From contig CAXBJM010000009.1 in assembly GCA_963976235.1 (NCBI GenBank), positions 8,393 through 72,392 of the forward strand: 64,000 nt of DNA, given 5' to 3'. This stretch comes from an uncultured bacterium. Its GTDB lineage: Bacteria; Planctomycetota; Phycisphaerae; Phycisphaerales; UBA1924. Shown in pieces: positions 57,771 through 64,000 of this stretch (its first letter is position 1; each line of letters begins with the position of its first letter). The position numbers and the translations under genes were made by a program. The notes below the pieces were generated by a model. It was not told the origin of the DNA, ran no database searches, and worked only from the letters and a program-made list of their open reading frames with translations.

Positions 57771-58648
57771 GTTTCCTTCCTGTCTAATCCTGCAACGAAC
57801 TCGTTCTTCTGATAACAAAAACCCTGTGGGATTTTGAGGTGTGAGAACATGTCGGAAATTGCTTTGATGCGTTCTGAATGCCCGATGAAGAGGGTGCCAT
57901 CATCAGCGAGCTGATTATCAAACATTGAGATTACATCGTGTTTCATTTCATCATCGAAGTAGATGAGTACATTCCGGCAGAAGATGATGTCCCAGGTACC
58001 ATGACGCTTTGCAGCCATGCGGTCCTTGAGGTTGTGTTTTTCAAAGGTGACCATTGAGCGGATTGTGTCATCGAGAATAAAGTCCCGTCCAGACTCTTTG
58101 AAGTAGCGAGTTCTAATCAGGTTCGGTGTGGTACGAAGTGAGTAGGCTGTGTAGACACCTTTTTGAGCGATGTTGAGTGCCTTCTCAGAGATGTCAGTTC
58201 CGAGAATCTCAATACACCAATCACTGAGTCGTGCCCCCAGAGTGCGATGAAGCAGCATCGCGAGCGTAAAGGGTTCATCTCCTGTCGAGCAAGCTGCGGA
58301 CCAGATTCGCAATCGCTTGCTTGACGACCTTGCGTCGAGCATTTCTGGAAGTATTTGATTTTCGAAGACATCGAGTTGAGCTTCGTTCCGGAAGAAGCTT
58401 GTTTCGTTGATCGTAATACGGTTGAACAGTTCTTGAAACTCTTCCATCTGGTAGGGTCCCATCGTGAGATAGGCGATGTAGTGATCGAAGTTCTCCATTT
58501 CGAGTTCTGTGATTCGATGCGATAACCGTGATTCGATGATGTATTTCTTGGCAGCAGGGAAATGAATACCCGACCGATCGTAGATGATTTTGGCCATCTT
58601 CTCGAACTGAGTTGTGTTCATTGTGATCTTGTGATTGGTGAAGCTCAT
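57767..58648 (-). CDS. cheR: chemotaxis protein methyltransferase CheR
   Basis: NETSFFRN, RIWSAACSTGDEPF and IFCRNVLIYF motifs. Confidence 0.9.
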   Translation of the reverse strand: MSFTNHKITMNTTQFEKMAKIIYDRSGIHFPAAKKYIIESRLSHRITELEMENFDHYIAYLTMGPYQMEEFQELFNRITINETSFFRNEAQLDVFENQILPEMLDARSSSKRLRIWSAACSTGDEPFTLAMLLHRTLGARLSDWCIEILGTDISEKALNIAQKGVYTAYSLRTTPNLIRTRYFKESGRDFILDDTIRSMVTFEKHNLKDRMAAKRHGTWDIIFCRNVLIYFDDEMKHDVISMFDNQLADDGTLFIGHSERIKAISDMFSHLKIPQGFCYQKNEFVAGLDRKET

Positions 58649-58692
58649 TTATGTATTCCCTGCGAACTGAAATGAAATGGTCTGGGTGGGAC

Positions 58693-59226
58693 TTAGGCAG
58701 CGGTTCCACTTCCAGCGTTGTCGATTTGGGTTCCCATCACGACAAGTTTGTCCAGCGATTGCGCAGAGAGTACGTAATTGAGATCAAGGAGAATGATGAG
58801 TTGGTCATCGAGTTTGGCAACACCTGAGACATAGCTTGAGTCAACCGAAGTTGCGATAGTTGGAGTGTCCTCAATGACCGAGCGATCGATTGTGAGCACT
58901 TCGTGGACCGAGTCCACAATACATCCAACAGTGTTCCCTTGAACAACAACCACAACGATTCGTGATTCGTCACTTGCCTGCGTTGCGGGGATTCCAAACT
59001 GAGTTCTCATATCAAGAACAGGGATAACTCGTCCACGGAGATTGAGAACGCCCTCAATTCCTTCCGGACTCATAGGCACTTTCGTAAGTGCTCGCAATCG
59101 AATGATTTCTTTGACACACAGAATATCTACAGCGAATACTTCACTCCCGACTGTGAAGCTCACGAGTTGGAGATGTTGAGTCGTTTGGTTTGTATGACTC
59201 GGATTTGTGTCCATATGATTCTCCAA
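58693..59226 (-). CDS. cheW: chemotaxis coupling protein CheW
   Basis: LVSFTVGSEVFAVDILCVKEI ... LNLRGRVIPVLDMR pattern. Confidence 0.9.
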   Translation of the reverse strand: MENHMDTNPSHTNQTTQHLQLVSFTVGSEVFAVDILCVKEIIRLRALTKVPMSPEGIEGVLNLRGRVIPVLDMRTQFGIPATQASDESRIVVVVVQGNTVGCIVDSVHEVLTIDRSVIEDTPTIATSVDSSYVSGVAKLDDQLIILLDLNYVLSAQSLDKLVVMGTQIDNAGSGTAA

Positions 59227-59340
59227 AATTTCGCGGCTTCAAAAAGAGTCTTTGGTAGTTATCGTGGCGTAGGGACACTGAGTTCAGTGAAGTTCATAAT
59301 CCCGTTGCTGCAATTTGGTATGTTTGCCATCGGCGCATTA

Positions 59341-60435
59341 TTAAGCGGTATTTTTGAGTTCCGATCTGCCATTGAGATGTGTGAGCAGATCTCGAATTTC
59401 GGTTGGATCAAGGATCGAATCAACAATATTGAGATCAATAACAGCCTTGGGCATCCCATAGACAACGCAACTCTGTGCCGACTGGGCAATGATTTGCCCT
59501 CCCGCGCGATGAATGTCTTGGGCACCTTTCGCCCCGTCATAGCCCATACCAGTAAGTTGGATCGCGAGGAGGTTTTTACCAAAGATCTCCGAAGCATCCG
59601 AGAACAACAGATCAACCGATGGGCGATGCACAGCGCCAGCAACAGAATCAATCAGACGAGTGATAATCTTATTGCCAGCGACTTTGATCAGTTTGATATG
59701 TGTTCCGCCCTGCGCGATATGAATCCCAGGATTGGACACGATCGAACCATTTGTCGCCAGTTCGACGCTGCAATCACAGTGTTGATTCAATCGGTCAGCA
59801 AGACTCTTGGTGAAGAGTTCGGGCATGTGCTGGGCAACGAATATGGGAACGCGGAGTGAACTTGAGAGTTGAGAAAAAATATCCTCAAGCACCGGTGGGC
59901 CTCCGGTTGAAACACCTACCACGACCGCTTGAATGCGAGAAAAATCTATATGCTTGTTTGTGTGTGCTGTTGGTTTGTCGGTGTTGCTGATTGTTGGATC
60001 AATCAGTTGCGATGGGGTATTCCCGAGTGATGCTCGATGTTCACCGATGGCACGAAGCTTTGCGAGTAGTTCTATCTTGAATCCAGAGTTTGCTTTGCTG
60101 AAGGAGTTTGGGTCTTTACCAATAAAATCTGATGCGCCGATTCGCATTGCTTTGAGGGCTTCATCACTTCCCGCACTTGTCAATGATGAACACATCAAGA
60201 CAACGGGTTTGAACCGATGGCACTTGATTTTGATTTCACGCAGAGCAGCCATTCCGTCTTTATTGGGCATTTCGACATCGAGAGTGATGATGTCGGGTTT
60301 GAGATCGATCGCTTTTTGAACCCCATCATTCCCATCGCGTGCGGTACCAACAACTTCAAATGCTGGGTCAGATGCGATCATCTCCGAAATAATTTTTCGC
60401 ATAAATGCAGAATCATCAACAACGAGTACGCGCAT
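59341..60435 (-). CDS. cheB: chemotaxis response regulator protein-glutamate methylesterase CheB
   Basis: Receiver MRVLVVDDSAFMRK...DVEMP. Methylesterase GVSTGGP, HMP and GMGYDGA motifs. Confidence 0.92.
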   Translation of the reverse strand: MRVLVVDDSAFMRKIISEMIASDPAFEVVGTARDGNDGVQKAIDLKPDIITLDVEMPNKDGMAALREIKIKCHRFKPVVLMCSSLTSAGSDEALKAMRIGASDFIGKDPNSFSKANSGFKIELLAKLRAIGEHRASLGNTPSQLIDPTISNTDKPTAHTNKHIDFSRIQAVVVGVSTGGPPVLEDIFSQLSSSLRVPIFVAQHMPELFTKSLADRLNQHCDCSVELATNGSIVSNPGIHIAQGGTHIKLIKVAGNKIITRLIDSVAGAVHRPSVDLLFSDASEIFGKNLLAIQLTGMGYDGAKGAQDIHRAGGQIIAQSAQSCVVYGMPKAVIDLNIVDSILDPTEIRDLLTHLNGRSELKNTA

Positions 60436-60590
60436 GCGTTACCCCCTAATCAATACCGATGGGAAGTCTTCGAACAAAGATATGATCGGACGGTCAAACC
60501 CAGTGCTTAAGGGGGGATTCGAATGATTGAGGATAAAGGTAACGAACAAAGAGGAGAGCATTTCAAAGGTGCTGTAAATGCGCAAAAAGA

Positions 60591-60622
60591 CAGTCAGCAC
60601 CGAATGAATTCGGTGCTGACTG
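60591..60622 (-). terminator. rho-independent terminator after tRNA-Leu
   Basis: Perfect 15-nt arms CAGTCAGCACCGAAT / ATTCGGTGCTGACTG. On the minus strand it is followed by TCTTTTT. Lies 60 nt downstream of the tRNA 3' end. Confidence 0.6.
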
Positions 60623-60682
60623 CGATTGCTCATCACCCGAGTTCTTGAAGATATGTAAACATACCTCGAAACACAGGTGTAA

Positions 60683-60767
60683 TGCCCAAGAGAGGACTCG
60701 AACCTCCACTCCCGTTACAGGAACCACCACCTCAAGGTGGCGCGTCTACCAATTCCGCCACCTGGGC
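60683..60767 (-). tRNA. tRNA-Leu (anticodon GAG)
   Basis: The reverse complement reads GCCCAGG-TG-GCGGAATTGGTAGACGC-...CCACC-TTGAGGT-GGTGG, then a long variable arm, T arm GGAGG-TTCGAGT-CCTCT, acceptor CTTGGGC and discriminator A. Confidence 0.9.
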
Positions 60768-60972
60768 TCAGTGAAGCGAAGGCAAGTATACGCACAATTC
60801 GTTGGGAGTCGACCCCTCTGCAAAATCGAATCACAATTCCACCGACGGAATATCCAAGATAGCACGGAACCCGCGTGGGCAATATGCTACGATTGCGCTC
60901 TTTACCAATTCTTATAGGGCGATGAAACCCCCGATGATTCATTTCATCCAACTGGGGATGGCGAGGCAGATT

Positions 60973-61443
60973 ATGACGAGTGATACTCAAAGTACCGAAC
61001 AAACTTTATACAAAACAGTCCTCAAGGGTGCTCAAGAAGCAGCTGTATTCGCTGAAGTCTTGATCGACTCCCGAGGAGTGAGCTGCCGAGCATTGAACTC
61101 CGCAGAACCCGCGTTCTACCGTGTCCAAGCGGTCGATGGGCAAATTTGGATCAGTATGGAAACCGAAGATCGTTGGCTCTCAGGCTCGATTGAGGGTGAT
61201 CTTGTCAATACTGGTGATAAGCTCGACGAACTCATAGAAGAAGAAGTCATCGATCTCGGACACCATGACGCCAAGGTCGGATTTGAGCATTTTCGTTCAC
61301 CTGAGATGCTCTATGTGTTCCGATCGAAGCTCTCCACGCCGATGGAAGATGCCAAAGCTGCCCAGCATGCGTTGATCTGGTTGCTCGGCTATGAGATTGT
61401 GCTCCGCGAGCTCGGTGACATGGACGAGTCAGAAGAAGACTGA
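60973..61443 (+). CDS. small acidic hypothetical protein
   Basis: The ORF is open from 60802, but its 5' part abuts the tRNA. ATG 60973 has GAGG upstream; 60922, 60934 and 60958 are alternatives. Acidic C-terminus. Confidence 0.45.
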   Translation: MTSDTQSTEQTLYKTVLKGAQEAAVFAEVLIDSRGVSCRALNSAEPAFYRVQAVDGQIWISMETEDRWLSGSIEGDLVNTGDKLDELIEEEVIDLGHHDAKVGFEHFRSPEMLYVFRSKLSTPMEDAKAAQHALIWLLGYEIVLRELGDMDESEED

Positions 61444-61483
61444 GTCGGTGCCCAGATGGGCAAAGGAAGGCAGCGCCAAACAC

Positions 61484-62971
61484 ATGCGGATATTAATGCT
61501 TGGGTGGGAGTTCCCGCCATACATGTCGGGGGGGCTTGGCACCGCGGTAGATGGGCTGACCAAATCACTTGTGGCGCAAGGTCATGAAGTGGTGTATGTG
61601 TTGCCTCACCCTGTCGCAGAGGGGCATGTGTCTCATGTCGAACTTGTTGGTCCACGCATCCTTGCGAAACGACTCGAATCATTGCGATCTGGCGCACTCG
61701 CTGTCGAAGCGATGCCGATTAATCAACAAACGCCTCAGACGAGGGTCGTCTACGAACAACGAGAGCGCGAGTTGCTTGCGTGTTCGACGATGATTGAAAA
61801 ACTCGAACGCTTCCAAACAAACGCACCCAGCTCATACCCAGGTGTTGATGCGGGGGATGTGCTCCGTAGAGTGATCGAAGAGATCCAAGAAAAGCGGACA
61901 ATCACTGAGCAGGTAGGCATCACAGAATCAGTCGTGAGTGATGCAGAGATGTTTAGTTCTGTTCGTGGGTCCTCGGCTGATGAACTCGCGATGGTCATCG
62001 AATCCGTGCTTGAATCGCTTGGAGAGATGGGCACCGGAGCGGGGGGGTACGGGTCTGATTTGTTCGGAGACGCGCAGAAATATGCGAGATTGGTCGCCGC
62101 GATGGGGATGACCGAACGCTTTGATGTGATCCATGCGCACGATTGGTTAACCTATCCTGCGGGGTTATTGCTCAAGGCAATCACAGGCAAACCACTCGTG
62201 TGTCATATCCACGCGACGGAGTTTGATCGCTCTGGTGAGCACATCAATCAGGGTGTGTATGACATCGAACGATCTGGGATGCAGGGCGCGGATCGAGTGA
62301 TCGCGGTATCACGATTAACCAAAGCAATCGTGAATGAACGCTATGGCGTGAGTAATGACAAGATTGATGTTGTGTACAACGGCGTCGCTCAAGACAATAT
62401 CCAACCCGCACGAGGCGCCGCGATCGAACAAGGCGATCGGATCGTGCTGTTCCTTGGGCGAATCACGATGCAAAAGGGACCCGAGTACTTCATCGAAGCT
62501 GCAAAGCGGGTGCTGGAAAAAGAAGATCGTGTGAAGTTTGTCGTTGCGGGTTCGGGTGATATGGCGGTCCGGATGATCGAGCACGCTGCAGCGATCGGGA
62601 TTGGACACAAGGTCTTGTTCACTGGGTTCTTACGCGGGCGCGATGTTGATCGGGTGTACCGGATGGCGGATTGTTATGTCATGCCGAGCGTGTCTGAACC
62701 ATTCGGGATCGCGCCGCTTGAAGCGATGCGAAACGATGTACCCGTGATTGTGTCCAAGCAATCCGGTGTGTCTGAAGTGTTGACCCATGCGCTCAAGGTC
62801 GATTTCTGGGACACGGATGAGATGGCCAACAAGATCGTCGCGGTTCTGCGATACCCACCGTTGAGCCAGACACTCCGCGAGCACGGCCGATTCGAACTCC
62901 GGAGCTTGAACTGGGGCGGCGCAGCCGAGAAATGCGTCAAGGTATACGCGCGTGCGATGGCACAGGTTTAA
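61484..62971 (+). CDS. glycogen-synthase-like glycosyltransferase (GT4/GT5, archaeal-type N-terminus)
   Basis: MRILMLGWEFPPYMSGGLGTAVDGLTKSLVAQGHEV resembles Pyrococcus-type glycogen synthase. C-terminal E-x7-E region SEPFGIAPLEAMRNDVPVIVS. ~140-aa insertion after the first beta-alpha unit. Confidence 0.75.
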   Translation: MRILMLGWEFPPYMSGGLGTAVDGLTKSLVAQGHEVVYVLPHPVAEGHVSHVELVGPRILAKRLESLRSGALAVEAMPINQQTPQTRVVYEQRERELLACSTMIEKLERFQTNAPSSYPGVDAGDVLRRVIEEIQEKRTITEQVGITESVVSDAEMFSSVRGSSADELAMVIESVLESLGEMGTGAGGYGSDLFGDAQKYARLVAAMGMTERFDVIHAHDWLTYPAGLLLKAITGKPLVCHIHATEFDRSGEHINQGVYDIERSGMQGADRVIAVSRLTKAIVNERYGVSNDKIDVVYNGVAQDNIQPARGAAIEQGDRIVLFLGRITMQKGPEYFIEAAKRVLEKEDRVKFVVAGSGDMAVRMIEHAAAIGIGHKVLFTGFLRGRDVDRVYRMADCYVMPSVSEPFGIAPLEAMRNDVPVIVSKQSGVSEVLTHALKVDFWDTDEMANKIVAVLRYPPLSQTLREHGRFELRSLNWGGAAEKCVKVYARAMAQV

Positions 62972-63039
62972 ATGAGCAGTAATTTACAGAGTTCAATGGT
63001 CTTGATGACCACCAGTTGTCAAATCAACCAGCTTTCCGC

Positions 63040-63984
63040 TTAACCCACATCGCGTCCTTGGAAGAGGAATACGGCGAGGGATAAGAACACCACGATTTGA
63101 CACAGGCCATAGAAAAAGACCAGAACAATGTGCGAGCCCGGAATCGGTTGGTTCTGTGAAACCGCATCGAGCAACCAAAACGCTTGCATGTTTGGGACGA
63201 TTGACCAGATCACCAATGGTGCTTTATGGACTGTAGTGGGGGTGATGAACAGCGAATCACCTGGCATTGGGGGTCTTGACAAAGGGACCGCTTCTTTGCC
63301 AACCTGTTGGATCACGAGGTGTGCGTCGTCTATCTCGATAATGATGAGTGCAGGTTCTGGTCGGATATTTTTGTCCGGCACAATCGATTTGTCGTAAGGC
63401 TCGAATCTTGGGGTGATCAAACCGATCCCGCTCGGGGATGAGCCGTAATAGATCGAGTCCCCGATTTGCAGATCAGCGGTTGGTGGTCCGAGGAGCGTCA
63501 GACGCATCATCGAACCCGGGCTGCGAAGCATCACTTCGTTATACGCAGGATCTTCATTGAGTTCTGGAGAATCAATCCGGAGGAGTTCACGAGATTGCAC
63601 ATACTGACGGGGGTCGAGCCCGCTTTCTATAAACTCTTCGGTGCTCATGTTGGCGCGCTTGGCACCAAGTTCCCATACCAGTTCACGATGGAAATCATAG
63701 ATATCAGTGCGGGTCGCGGATTCGGTCATCGAGACCTGCGCCACGCGTTCGTTTTCGTAAATTCCCCGTCCGAACCAGTGATTTGAGAGCAACCCGATCA
63801 AGAACACGCCTGTACAGATCGCGATCGTGAGGACTTGCCCGAGTCGAGTAGATACCGCGGTCGCGAGTGCTGTCATCACGAGCAACGCGATTCCTAAGCA
63901 ACAACACGCAAGGATGATCTGAGGCTTAAAGTTCGCAGATGGGGAAATCATCGACCAATCTTCGTCGATGAACAATGCGAGCAC
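63040..63984 (-). CDS. polytopic membrane protein, possibly ABC-2-type permease, probably 5'-truncated by the window end
   Basis: TM helices flank a ~190-aa soluble loop. The C-terminal LAVFLFQGRDVG is reminiscent of ABC-2 permease ends. The reading frame may continue beyond 64000. Confidence 0.45.
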   Translation of the reverse strand: MLALFIDEDWSMISPSANFKPQIILACCCLGIALLVMTALATAVSTRLGQVLTIAICTGVFLIGLLSNHWFGRGIYENERVAQVSMTESATRTDIYDFHRELVWELGAKRANMSTEEFIESGLDPRQYVQSRELLRIDSPELNEDPAYNEVMLRSPGSMMRLTLLGPPTADLQIGDSIYYGSSPSGIGLITPRFEPYDKSIVPDKNIRPEPALIIIEIDDAHLVIQQVGKEAVPLSRPPMPGDSLFITPTTVHKAPLVIWSIVPNMQAFWLLDAVSQNQPIPGSHIVLVFFYGLCQIVVFLSLAVFLFQGRDVG

Positions 63985-64000
63985 ATACGCAATCCAAATG

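Noticed and set aside
59167-59859. 230-aa plus-strand ORF spanning the cheW-cheB junction
   Set aside because: It is antisense to cheB and cheW, both of which have clear family motifs. It has no motif of its own.
1-64000. Scan for CRISPR arrays, rRNA, transposases/integrases, phage structural genes, reverse transcriptases and toxin-antitoxin pairs
   Set aside because: I saw no regularly spaced direct repeats and no ORF with the corresponding motifs. The three similar stretches encoding (F/H)TLIELLVV... are the N-termini of paralogous DUF1559 genes, not mobile-element repeats.

Overview
This 64-kb window reads as an ordinary chromosomal segment, most likely from a Planctomycetota (Phycisphaerae-like) bacterium. 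That placement is inferred from three prepilin-type DUF1559 ('H-X9-DG') proteins, two PEP-CTERM proteins and a GC-type-dockerin-like protein. Hand-counted samples give roughly 50-56% G+C. Coding density is high. Most genes are housekeeping: moxR, rlmE, lepA, recQ, an FKBP isomerase, rpmF-plsX-fabHDG, a separately placed acpP-fabF, pabA/trpG, ferredoxin, FNR, a GH15 enzyme, a glycogen-synthase-like glycosyltransferase, a peptide ABC binding protein with one permease, and a cheB-W-R-A-X-Y operon. There are three tRNA genes. I saw no rRNA, CRISPR array, transposase, integrase or prophage genes.

The best candidate for something new is a 340-aa stand-alone SIR2-like (SIR2_2-type) gene at 15294-16316. 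It sits on a sharply AT-rich ~1-kb islet that starts 1 nt after the lepA stop, and no recognisable sensor or partner gene lies nearby. It is followed by a native-composition 6TM voltage-sensor K+ channel and a double-DTGS aspartic protease with a PDZ domain.

The second oddity is a tRNA with anticodon GCA and discriminator U that has a tRNA-Tyr-like class-II architecture with a long variable arm. Lesser items:
- an unknown-YbjQ-TM-YbjQ-PrsW operon
- a beta-propeller / pseudopilin-like / BFD-[2Fe-2S] translationally coupled trio
- a GT2 / LAB_N / two-unknown operon
- an orphan FliN-like gene after fabF
- a peptide ABC operon cut short after its first permease

All protein family calls come from motif recognition by eye. 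No searches were run.
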